Origin: the human T2T-CHM13v2.0 reference genome, Homo sapiens
Length of the DNA: 64,000 bases
Assembly (NCBI RefSeq): GCF_009914755.1
Contig: NC_060925.1
Strand: one strand, 5' to 3'
The notes under the pieces were generated by a model that was not told the origin of the DNA, did not search any database, and saw only the letters and a list, made by a program, of their open reading frames with translations. The stretch's first letter is position 1. Every line of letters starts with the position of its first letter. A program made the translations under genes and the position numbers. Positions 11,051 to 24,000 of the stretch are shown in pieces.

Positions 11051-14000
11051 GTTTGTGATGTGTGCGTTCAACTCACAGAGTTTAACCTTTCTGTTCATAG
11101 AGCAGTTAGGAAACACTCTGTTTGTAAAGTCTGTAAGTGGATATTCTGACATCTTGTGGCCTTCGTTAGAAACGGGATTTCTTCATATTCTGCTAGACAG
11201 AAGAATTCTCAGTAACTTCCTTGTGTTGTGTGTATTCAACTCACAGAATTGAACGATCCTTTACACAGAGCAGACTTGAAACACTCTTTTTGTGGAATTT
11301 GCAAGCGGAGATTTCAGCCGCTTTGGGGTCAATGTTAGAAAAGGAAATATCTTCGTATAAAGACTAGACAGAATGATTCTCAGAAAATCCTTTGTGATGT
11401 GTGCGTTCAACTCACAGAGTTTAACTTTTCTTTTCATAGAGCAGTTAGGAAACACTCTGTTTGTAAAGTCTGCAAGTGGATATTCAGACCTCCTTGAGGC
11501 CTTCGTTGGAAACGGGATTTCTTCATATTCTGCTAGACAGAAGAATTCTCAGTAACTTCCTTGTGTTGTGTGTATTCAACTCACAGAGTTGAACGATCCT
11601 TTACACAGAGCAGACTTGAAACACTCTTTTTGTGGAATTTGCAAGTGGAGATTTCAGCCGCTTTGAGGTCAATGGTAGAACAGGAAATATCTTCCTATAG
11701 AAACTAGACAGAATGATTCTCAGAAACTCCTTTGTGATGTGTGCGTTCAACTCACAGAGTTTAACTTTTCTTTTCATAGAGCAGTTAGGAAACACTCTGT
11801 TTGTAAAGTCTGCAAGTGGATATTCAGACCTCTTTGAGGCCTTCGTTGGAAACGGGATTTCTTCATATTCTGCTAGACAGAATAATTCTCAGTAACTTCC
11901 TTGTGTTGTGTGTATTCAACTCACAGAGTTGAACGATCCTTTACAGAGAGCAGACTTGAAACACTCTTTTTGTGGAATTTGCAAGTGGAGATTTCAGCCG
12001 CTTTGAGGTCAATAGTAGAAAAGTAAATATCTTCGTAGAAAAACTAGACAGAATGATTCTCAGAAACTCCTTTGTGATGTGTGTGTTCAACTCACAGAGT
12101 TTAACCTTTCTTTTCATAGAGCAGTTAGTAAACACTCTGTTTATAAAGTCTGCAAGTGGATATTCAGACCACTTTGAGGCCTTCGTTGGAAACGGGATTT
12201 CTTCATATTATGCTAGACAGAAGAATTCTCAGTAACTTCCTTGTGTTGTGTGTATTCAACTGACAGAGTTGAACTTTCATTTAGAGAGAGCAGATTTGAA
12301 ACACTGTTTTTGTGGAATTTGCAAGTGGAGATTTCAAGCGCTTTGGGGCCAAAGGCAGAAAACGAAATGTCTTCGTATAAAAACTAGACAGAATCATTCT
12401 CAGAAACTGCTGCGTGATGTGTGCGTTCAACTCTCAGAGTTTAACTTTTCTTTTCATTCAGCGGTTTGGAAACACTCTGTTTGTAAAGTCTGCACGTGGA
12501 CATTTTGACCACTTAGAGGCCTTCGTTGGAAACGGGTTTTTTTCATGTAAGGCTAGACAGAAGATTTCCCAGTAACTTCCTTGTGTTGTGTGCATTCAAC
12601 TCACAGAGTTGAACGTTCCGTTAGACAGAGCAGATTTGAAACACTCTATTTGTGCAATTTGCAAGTGTAGATTTCAAGCGCTTTAAGGTCAATGGCAGAA
12701 AAGGAAATATCTTCGTTTCAAAACCAGACAGAATCATTCCCACAAACTGCGTTGTGATGTGTTCGTTCAACTCACAGAGTTTAACCTTTCTGTTCATAGA
12801 GCAGTTAGGAAACACTCTGTTTGTAAAGTCTGCAAGTGGATATTCAGACCTCTTTGAGGCCTTCGTTGGAAACGGGATTTCTTCCTATTCTGCTAGACAG
12901 AAGAATTCTCAGTAACTTCCTTCTGTTGTGTGTATTCAACTCACAGAGTTGAACGATCCTTTACACAGAGCAGACCTGAAACACTCTTTTTCTGGAATTT
13001 GCAAGTGGAGATTCAGCCGCTTTGAGGTCAATGGTAGAAAAGGAAATATCTTCGTATAGAAACAAGAGAGAATGATTCTCAGAAACTCCTTTCTGATGTG
13101 TGCGTTCAACTCACAGAGTTTAACCTTTCTTTTCATAGAGCAGTTAGGAAACACACTGTTTGTAAAGTCTGCAAGTGGATATTCAGACCTCCTTGAGGCC
13201 TTCGTTGGAAACGGGATTTCTTCATATTCTGCTAGACAGAAGAATTCTCAGTAACTTCCTTGTGTTGTGTGTATTCAACTCACAGAGTTGAACGATCCTT
13301 TACACAGAGCAGACTTGAAACACTCTTTTTGTGGAATTTGAAAGTGGAGATTTCAGCCGCTTTGAGGTCAATGGTAGAAAAGGAAATATCTTCGTATAAA
13401 GACTAGACAGAATGATTCTCAGAAACTCCTTTGTGATGTGTGCGTTCAACTCACAGAGTTTAACATTTCTTTTCATAGAGCAGTTAGGAAACACTCTGTT
13501 TGTAAAGTCTGCAAGTGGATATTCAGACCTCCTTGAGGTCTTCGTTGGAAATGGGATTTCTTCATATTCTGCTAGACAGAAGAATTCTCACTAACTTCCT
13601 TGTGTTGTGTGTATTCAACTCACAGAGTTGAACGATCCTTTACACAGAGCAGACTTGAAACACTCTTTTTGTGGAATTTGCAAGTGGAGATTTCAGCCGC
13701 TTTGAGGTCAATGGTAGAAAAGGGAATATCTTCGTATAAAGACTAGACAGAATGATTCTCAGAAACTCCTTTGTAATGTGTGCGTTCAACGCACAGAGTT
13801 TAACTTTTCTTTTCATAGAGCAGTTAGGAAACACTCTGTTTGTAAAGTCTGCAAGTGGATATTCAGACCTCTTTGAGGCCTTCGTTGGAAACGGGATTTC
13901 TTCATATTATGCTAGACAGAATAATTCTCAGTAACTTCCTTGTGTTGTGTGTATTCAACTGTCAGAGTTGAACGATCCTTTACAGAGAGCAGACTTGAAA

Positions 14001-15020
14001 CACTCTTTTTGTGGAATTTGCAAGGGGAGATTTCAGCCGCTTTGAGGTCAATGGTAGAATAGGAAATATCTTCCTATAGAAACTAGACAGAATGATTCTC
14101 AGAAACTCCTTTGTGATGTGTGCGTTCAACTCACAGAGTTTAACCTTTCTTTTCATAGAGCAGTTAGGAAACACTCTGTTTGTAAAGTCTGCAAGTGGAT
14201 ATTCAGACCTCCTTGAGGCCTTCGTTGGAAATGGGATTTCTTCATATTCTGCTAGACAGAAGAATTCTCACTAACTTCCTTGTGTTGTGTGTATTCAACT
14301 CTCAGAGTTGAACGATCCTTTACACAGAGCAGACTTGAAACACTCTTTTTGTGGAATTTGCAAGTGGAGATTTCAGCCGCTTTGAGGTCAATGGTAGAAA
14401 AGGAAATATCTTCGTATAAAGACTAGACAGAATGATTCTCAGAAACTCCTTTGTGATGTGTGCGTTCAACTCACAGAGTTTAACTTTTATTTTCATAGAG
14501 CAGTTAGGAAACACTCTGTTTGTAAAGTCTGCAAGTGGATATTCAGACCTCTTTGTGGCCTTCGTTGGAAACGGGATTTCTTCATATTATGCTAGACAGA
14601 ATAATTCTCAGTAACTTCCTTGTGTTGTGTGTATTCAACTCTCAGAGTTGAACGATCCTTTACAGAGAGCAGACTTGAAACACTCTTTTTGTGGAATTTG
14701 CAAGTGGAGATTTCAGCCGCTTTGAGGTCAATGGTAGAATAGGAAATATCTTCCTATAGAAACTAGACAGAATGATTCTCATAAACTCCTTTGTGATGTG
14801 TGCGTTCAACTCACAGAGTTTAACCTTTCTTTTCATAGAGCAGTTAGGAAACACTCTGTTTGTAAAGTCTGCAAGGGGATATTCAGACCTCTTTGAGGCC
14901 TTCGTTGGAAACGGGATTTCTTCATATTCTGCTAGACAGAAGAATTCTCAGTAACTTCCTTGTGTTGTGTGTATTCAACTCACAGAGTTGAACGATCCTT
15001 TACACAGAGCAGACTTGAAG

Positions 15021-18000
15021 CACTCTTTTTGTGGAATTTGCAAGTGGAGATTTCAGCCGCTTTGAGGTCAATAGTAGAAAAGGAAATATCTTCGTAGATA
15101 AACTAGACAGAATGATTCTCAGAAACTCCTTTGTGATGTGTGTGTTCAACTCACAGAGTTTAACCTTTCTTTTCATAGAGCAGTTAGTAAACACTCTGTT
15201 TATAAAGTCTGCAAGTGGATATTCAGACCCCTTTGAGGCCTTCGTTGGAAACGGGATTTCTTCATATTATGCTAGACAGAAGAATTCTCAGTAACTTCCT
15301 TGTGTTGTGTGTATTCAACTGACAGAGTTGAACTTTCATTTAGAGAGAGCAGATTTGAAACACTGTTTTTGTGGAATTTGCAAGTGGAGATTTCAAGCGC
15401 TTTGGGGCCAAAGGCAGAAAACGAAATATCTTCGTATAAAAACTAGACAGAATCATTCTCAGAAACTGCTGCGTGATGTGTGCGTTCAACTCTCAGAGTT
15501 TAACTTTTCTTTTCATTCAGCGTTTTGGAAACACTCTGTTTGTAAAGTCTGCACGTGGACATTTTGAACACTTAGAGGCCTTCGTTGGAAACGGGTTTTT
15601 TTCATGTAAGGCTAGACAGAAGAATTCCCAGTAACTTCCTTGTGTTGTGTGCATTCAACTCACAGAGTTGAACGTTCCCTTAGACAGAGCAGATTTGAAA
15701 CACTCTATTTGTGCAATTTGCAAGTGTAGATTTCAAGCGCTTTAAGGTCAATGGCAGAAAAGGAAATATCTTCGTTTCAAAACTAGACAGAATCATTCCC
15801 ACAAACTGCGTTGTGATGTGTTCGTTCAACTCACAGAGTTTAACCTTTCTGTTCATAGAGCAGTTAGGAAACACTCTGTTTGTAAAGTCTGTAAGTGGAT
15901 ATTCTGACATCTTGTGGCCATCGTTGGAAACGGGATTTCTTCATATTCTGCTAGACAGAAGAATTCTCAGTAACTTCCTTGTGTTGTGTGTATTCAACTC
16001 ACAGAGTTGAACGATCCTTTACACAGAGCAGACTTGAAACACTCTTTTTGTGGAATTTGCAAGTGGAGATTTCAGCCGCTTTGAGGTCAATGGTAGAAAA
16101 GGAAACTATCTTCATATAAAGACTAGACAGAATGATTCTCAGAAAATCTTTTGTGATGTGTGCGTTCAACTCACAGAGTTTAACTTTTCTTCTCATAGAG
16201 CAGTTAGGAAACACTCTGTTTGTAAAGTCTGCAAGTGGATATTCAGACCTCTTTGAGGCCTTCGTTGGAAACGGGATTTCTTCATATTATGCTAGACAGA
16301 ATAATTCTCAGTAACTTCCTTGTGTTGTGTGTATTCAACTCACAGAGTTGAAGGATCCTTTACAGAGAGCAGGCTTGAAACACTCTTTTTGTCGAATTTG
16401 CAAGTGGAGATTTCAGCCGCTTTGAGGTCAATGGTAGAATAGGAAATATCTTCTTATAGAAACTAGACAGAATGATTCTCATAAACTCCTTTGTGATGTG
16501 TGCGTTCAACTCACAGAGTTTAACCTTTCTTTTCATAGAGCAGTTAGGAAACACTCTGTTTGTAAAGTCTGCAAGTGGATATTCAGACCTCCTTGAGGCC
16601 TTCGTTGGAAACGGGATTTCTTCATATTCTGCTAGACAGAAGAATTCTCAGTAACTTCCTTGTGTTGTGTTTATTCAACTCACAGAGTTGAATGATCCTT
16701 TACACAGAGCAGACTTGAAACACTCTTTTTGTGGAATTTGCAAGTGGAGATTTCAGCCGCTTTGAGGTCAATGGTAGAAAAGTAAATATCTTCGTATAAA
16801 GACTAGACAGAATGATTCTCAGAAACTCCTTTGTGATGTGTGCGTTCAACTCACAGAGTTTAACTTTTCTTTTCATAGAGCAGTTAGGAAACACTCTGTT
16901 TGTAAAGTCTGCAAGTGGATATTCTGACCTCTTTGAGGCCTTCGTTGGAAACGGGATTTCTTCATATTATGCTAGACAGAAGAATTCTCAGTAACTTCCT
17001 TGTGTTGTGTGTATTCAACTCAGAGAGTTGAACGATCCTTTACACAGAGCAGACTTGAAACATTCTTTTTGTGGAATTTGCAAGTGGAGATTTCAGCCGC
17101 TTTGAGGTCAATGGTAGAATAGGAAATATCTTCCTATAGAAACTAGACAGAACGATTCTCAGAAACTCCTTTGTGATGTGTGCGTTCAACTCACAGAGTT
17201 TAACCTTTCTTTTCATAGAGCAGTTAGGAAACACTCTGTTTGTAAAGTCTGCAAGTGGATATTCAGACCTCTTTGAGGCCTTCGTTGGAAACGGGATTTC
17301 TTCATATTCTGCTAGACAGAAGAATTCTCAGTAACTTCCTTGTGTTGTGTGTATTCAACTCACAGAGTTGAACGATCCTTTACACAGAGCAGACTTGAAA
17401 CACTCTTTTTGTGGAATTTGCAAGTGGAGATTTCAGCCGCTTTGAGGTCAAGAGTAGAAAAGGAAATATCTTCGTAGAAAAACTAGACAGAATGATTCTC
17501 AGAAACTCCTTTGTGATGTGTGTGTTCAACTCACAGAGTTTAACCTTTCTTTTCATAGAGCAGTTAGTAAACACTCTGTTTATAAAGTCTGCAAGTGGAT
17601 ATTCAGACCCCTTTGAGGCCTTCGTTGGAAACGGGATTTCTTCCTATTATGCTAGACAGAAGAATTCTCAGTAACTTCCTTGTGTTGTGTGTATTCAACT
17701 GACAGAGTTGAACTATCATTTAGAGAGAGCAGATTTGAAACACTGTTTTTGTGGAATTTGCAAGTGGAGATTTCAAGCGCTTTGGGGCCAAAGGCAGAAA
17801 AGGAAATATCTTCGTATAAAAACTAGACAGAATCATTCTCAGAAACTGCAGCGTGATGTGTGCGTTCAACTCTCAGAGTTTAACTTTTCTTTTCATTCAG
17901 CGGTTTGGAAACACTCTGTTTGTAAAGTCTGCACGTGGAAATTTTGACCACTTAGAGGCCTTCGTTGGAAACGGGTTTTTTTCATGTAAGGCTAGACAGA

Positions 18001-21000
18001 AGAATTCCCAGTAACTTCCTTGTGTTGTGTGCATTCAACTCACAGAGTTGAACGTTCCCTTAGACAGAGCAGATTTGAAACACTCTATTTGTGCAATTTG
18101 CAAGTGTAGTTTTCAAGCTCTTTAAGGTCAACGGCAGAAAAGGAAATATCTTCGTTTCAAAACTAGACAGAATCATTCCCACAAACTGCGTTGTGATGTG
18201 TTCGTTCAACTCACAGAGTTTAACCTTTCTGTTCATAGAGCAGTTAGGAAACACTCTGTTTTTAAAGTCTGTAAGTGGATATTCTGACATCTTGTGGCCA
18301 TCGTTGGAAACGGGATTTCTTCATATTCTGCTAGACAGAAGAATTCTCAGTAACTTCCTTGTGTTGTGTGTATTCAACTCACAGAGTTGAACGATCCTTT
18401 ACACAGAGCAGACTTGAAACACTGTTTTTGTGGAATTTGCAAGTGGAGATTTCAGCCGCTTTGAGGTCAATGGTAGAAAAGGAAACTATCTTCATATAAA
18501 GACTAGACAGAATGATTCTCAGAAAATCTTTTGTGATGTGTGCGTTCAACTCACAGAGTTTAACTTTTCTTCTCATAGAGCAGTTAGGAAACACTCTGTT
18601 TGTAAAGTCTGCAAGTGGATATTCAGACCTCTTTGAGGCCTTCGTTGGAAACGGGATTTCTTCATATTATGCTAGACAGATTAATTCTCAGTAACTTCCT
18701 TGTGTTGTGTGTATTCAACTCACAAAGTTGAAGGATCCTTTACAGAGAGCAGGCTTGAAACACTCTTTTTGTCGAATTTGCAAGTGGAGATTTCAGCCGC
18801 TTTGAGGTCAATGGTAGAATAGGAAATATCTTCTTATAGAAACTAGACAGAATGATTCTCATAAACTCCTTTGTGATGTGTGCGTTCAACTCACAGAGTT
18901 TAACCTTTCTTTTCATAGAGCAGTTAGGAAACACTCTGTTTGTAAAGTCTGCAAGTGGATATTCAGACCTCTTTGAGGCCTTCGTTGGAAACGGGATTTC
19001 TTCATATTTTGCTAGACAGAAGAATTCTCACTAACTTCCTTGTGTTGTGTGTATTCAACTCACAGAGTTGAACGATCCTTTACACAGAGCAGACTTGAAA
19101 CACTCTTTTTGTGGAATTTGCAAGTGGAGATTTCAGCCGCTTTGAGGTCAATAGTAGAAAAGGAAATATCTTCGTAGAAAAACTAGACAGAATGATTCTC
19201 AGAAACTCCTTTGTGATGTGTGTTTTCAACTCACAGAGTTTAACCTTTCTTTTCATAGAGCAGTTAGTAAACACTCTGTTTATAAAGTCTGCAAGTGGAT
19301 ATTCAGACCCCTTTGAGGCCTTCGTTGGAAACGGGATTTCTTCCTATTATGCTAGACAGAAGAATTCTCAGTAACTTCCTTGTGTTGTGTGTATTCAACT
19401 GACAGAGTTGAACTTTCATTTAGAGAGAGCAGATTTGAAACACTGTTTTTGTGGAGTTTGCAAGTGGAGATTTCAAGCGCTTTGGGGCCAAAGGCAGAAA
19501 AGGAAATATCTTCGTATAAAAACTAGATAGAATCATTCTCAGAAACTGCTGCGTGATGTGTGCGTTCAACTCTCAGAGTTTACCTTTTCTTTTCATTCAG
19601 CGGTTTGGAAACACTCTGTTTGTAAAGTCTGCACGTGGATATTTTGACCACTTAGAGGCCTTCGTTAGAAACGGGTTTTTTTCATGTAAGGCTAGACAGA
19701 AGAATTCCCAGTAACTTCCTTGTGTTGTGTGCATTCAACTCACAGAGTTGAACGTTCCCTTAGACAGAGCAGATTTGAAACACTCTATTTGTGCAATTTG
19801 CAAGTGTAGATTTCAAGCGCTTTAAGGTCAATGGCAGAAAAGGAAATATCTTCGTTTCAAAACTAGACAGAATCATTCCCACAAACTGCGTTGTGATGTG
19901 TTCGTTCAACTCACAGAGTTTAACCTTTCTGTTCATAGAGCAGTTAGGAAACACTCTGTTTGTAAACTCTGCAAGTGGATATTCAGACCTCCTTGAGGCC
20001 TTCGTTGGAAACGGGATTTCTTCATATTCTGCTAGACAGAATAATTCTCAGTAACTTCCTTGTGTTGTGTGTATTCAACTCACAGAGTTGAACGATCCTT
20101 TACACAGAGCAGACTTCAAACACTCTTTCTGTGGAATTTGCAAGTGGAGATTTCAGCCGCTTTGAGGTCAATGGTAGAATAGGAAATATCTTCCTATAGA
20201 AACTAGACAGAATGATTCTCAGAAACTCCTTTGTGATGTGTGCGTTCAACTCACAGAGTTTAACCTTTCTTTTCATAGAGCAGTTAGGAAACACTCTGTT
20301 TGTAAAGTCTGCAAGTGGATATTCAGACCTCTTTGAGGCCTTCGTTGGAAACGGGATTTCTTCATATTCTCCTAGACAGAAGAATTCTCAGTAACTTCCT
20401 TGTGTTGTGTGTATTCAACTCACAGAGTTGAACGATCCTTTACACAGAGCAGACTTGAAACACTCTTTTTGTGGAATTTGCAAGTGGAGATTTCAGCCGC
20501 TTTGAGGTCAATGGTAGAAAAGTAAATATCTTCGTATAAAGACTAGACAGAATGATTCTCAGAAACTCCTTTGTGATGTGTGCGTTCAACTCACAGAGTT
20601 TAACCTTTCTGTTCATAGAGCAGTTAGGAAACACTCTGTTTGTAAAGTCTGCAAGTGGATATTCAGACCTCCTTGAGGCCTTCGTTGGAAATGGGATTTC
20701 TTCATATTCTGCTAGACAGAAGAATTCTCAGTAACTTCCTTGTGTTGTGTGTATTCAACTCACAGAGTTGAACGATCCTTTACACAGAGCAGACTTGAAA
20801 CACTCTTTTTGTGGAATTTGCAAGTGGAGATTTCAGCCGCTTTGAGGTCAATGGTAGAAAAGGAAATATCTTCGTATAAAGACTAGACAGAAGGATTCTC
20901 ATAAACTCCTTTGTGATGTGTGCGTTCAACTCACAGAGTTTAACTTTTCTTTTCATAGAGCAGTTAGGAAACACTCTGTTTGTAAAGTCTGCAAGTGGAT

Positions 21001-24000
21001 ATTCAGACCTCTTTGAGGCCTTCGTTGGAAACGGGATTTCTTCATATTATGCTAGACAGAAGAATTCTCAGTAACTTCCTTGTGTTGTGTGTATTCAACT
21101 CACAGAGTTGAACGATCCTTTACACAGAGCAGACTTGAGACATTCTTTTTGTGGAATTTGCAAGTGGAGATTTCAGCCGCTTTGAGGTCAATGGTAGAAT
21201 AGGAAATATCTTCCTAAAGAAACTAGACAGAACGATTCTCAGAAACTCCTTTGTGATGTGTGCGTTCAACTCACAGAGTTTAACCTTTCTTTTCATAGAG
21301 CAGTTAGGAAACACTCTGTTTGTAAAGTCTGCAAGTGGATATTCAGACCTCTTTGAGGCCTTCGTTGGAAACGGGATTTCTTCATATTCTGTTAGACAGA
21401 AGAATTCTCAGTAACTTCCTTGTGTTGTGTGTATTCAACTCACAGAGTTGAACGATCCTTTACACAGAGCAGACTTGAAACATTCTTTTTGTGGAATTTG
21501 CAAGTGGAGATTTCAGCCGCTTTGAGGTCAATGGTAGAATAGGAAATATCTTCCTATAGAAACTAGACAGAACGATTCTCAGAAACTCCTTTGTGATGTG
21601 TGCGTTCAACTCACAGAGTTTAACCTTTCTTTTCATAGAGCAGTTAGGAAACACTCTGTTTGTAAAGTCTGCAAGTGGATATTCAGACCTCTTTGAGGCC
21701 TTCGTTGGAAACGGGATTTCTTCATATTCTGCTAGACAGAAGAATTCTCAGTAACTTCCTTGTGTTGTGTGTATTCAACTCACAGAGTTGAACGATCCTT
21801 TACACAGAGCAGACTTGAAACACTCTTTTTGTGGAATTTGCAAGTGGAGATTTCAGCCGCTTTGAGGTCAATAGTAGAAAAGGAAATATCTTCGTAGATA
21901 AACTAGACAGAATGATTCTCAGAAACTCCTTTGTGATGTGTGTGTTCAACTCACAGAGTTTAACCTTTCTTTTCATAGAGCAGTTAGTAAACACTCTGTT
22001 TATAAAGTCTGCAAGTGGATATTCAGACCCCTTTGAGGCCTTCGTTGGAAACGGGATTTCTTCATATTATGCTAGACAGAAGAATTCTCAGTAACTTCCT
22101 TGTGTTGTGTGTATTCAACTGACAGAGTTGAACTTTCATTTAGAGAGAGCAGATTTGAAACACTGTTTTTGTGGAATTTGCAAGTGGAGATTTCAAGCGC
22201 TTTGGGGCCAAAGGCAGAAAACGAAATATCTTCGTATAAAAACTAGACAGAATCATTCTCAGAAACTGCTGCGTGATGTGTGCGTTCAACTCTCAGAGTT
22301 TAACTTTTCTTTTCATTCAGCGTTTTGGAAACACTCTGTTTGTAAAGTCTGCACGTGGACATTTTGAACACTTAGAGGCCTTCGTTGGAAACGGGTTTTT
22401 TTCATGTAAGGCTAGACAGAAGAATTCCCAGTAACTTCCTTGTGTTGTGTGCATTCAACTCACAGAGTTGAACGTTCCCTTAGACAGAGCAGATTTGAAA
22501 CACTCTATTTGTGCAATTTGCAAGTGTAGATTTCAAGCGCTTTAAGGTCAATGGCAGAAAAGGAAATATCTTCGTTTCAAAACTAGACAGAATCATTCCC
22601 ACAAACTGCGTTGTGATGTGTTCGTTCAACTCACAGAGTTTAACCTTTCTGTTCATAGAGCAGTTAGGAAACACTCTGTTTGTAAAGTCTGTAAGTGGAT
22701 ATTCTGACATCTTGTGGCCATCGTTGGAAACGGGATTTCTTCATATTCTGCTAGACAGAAGAATTCTCAGTAACTTCCTTGTGTTGTGTGTATTCAACTC
22801 ACAGAGTTGAACGATCCTTTACACAGAGCAGACTTGAAACACTCTTTTTGTGGAATTTGCAAGTGGAGATTTCAGCCGCTTTGAGGTCAATGGTAGAAAA
22901 GGAAACTATCTTCATATAAAGACTAGACAGAATGATTCTCAGAAAATCTTTTGTGATGTGTGCGTTCAACTCACAGAGTTTAACTTTTCTTCTCATAGAG
23001 CAGTTAGGAAACACTCTGTTTGTAAAGTCTGCAAGTGGATATTCAGACCTCTTTGAGGCCTTCGTTGGAAACGGGATTTCTTCATATTATGCTAGACAGA
23101 ATAATTCTCAGTAACTTCCTTGTGTTGTGTGTATTCAACTCACAGAGTTGAAGGATCCTTTACAGAGAGCAGGCTTGAAACACTCTTTTTGTCGAATTTG
23201 CAAGTGGAGATTTCAGCCGCTTTGAGGTCAATGGTAGAATAGGAAATATCTTCTTATAGAAACTAGACAGAATGATTCTCATAAACTCCTTTGTGATGTG
23301 TGCGTTCAACTCACAGAGTTTAACCTTTCTTTTCATAGAGCAGTTAGGAAACACTCTGTTTGTAAAGTCTGCAAGTGGATATTCAGACCTCCTTGAGGCC
23401 TTCGTTGGAAACGGGATTTCTTCATATTCTGCTAGACAGAAGAATTCTCAGTAACTTCCTTGTGTTGTGTTTATTCAACTCACAGAGTTGAATGATCCTT
23501 TACACAGAGCAGACTTGAAACACTCTTTTTGTGGAATTTGCAAGTGGAGATTTCAGCCGCTTTGAGGTCAATGGTAGAAAAGTAAATATCTTCGTATAAA
23601 GACTAGACAGAATGATTCTCAGAAACTCCTTTGTGATGTGTGCGTTCAACTCACAGAGTTTAACTTTTCTTTTCATAGAGCAGTTAGGAAACACTCTGTT
23701 TGTAAAGTCTGCAAGTGGATATTCTGACCTCTTTGAGGCCTTCGTTGGAAACGGGATTTCTTCATATTATGCTAGACAGAAGAATTCTCAGTAACTTCCT
23801 TGTGTTGTGTGTATTCAACTCAGAGAGTTGAACGATCCTTTACACAGAGCAGACTTGAAACATTCTTTTTGTGGAATTTGCAAGTGGAGATTTCAGCCGC
23901 TTTGAGGTCAATGGTAGAATAGGAAATATCTTCCTATAGAAACTAGACAGAACGATTCTCAGAAACTCCTTTGTGATGTGTGCGTTCAACTCACAGAGTT

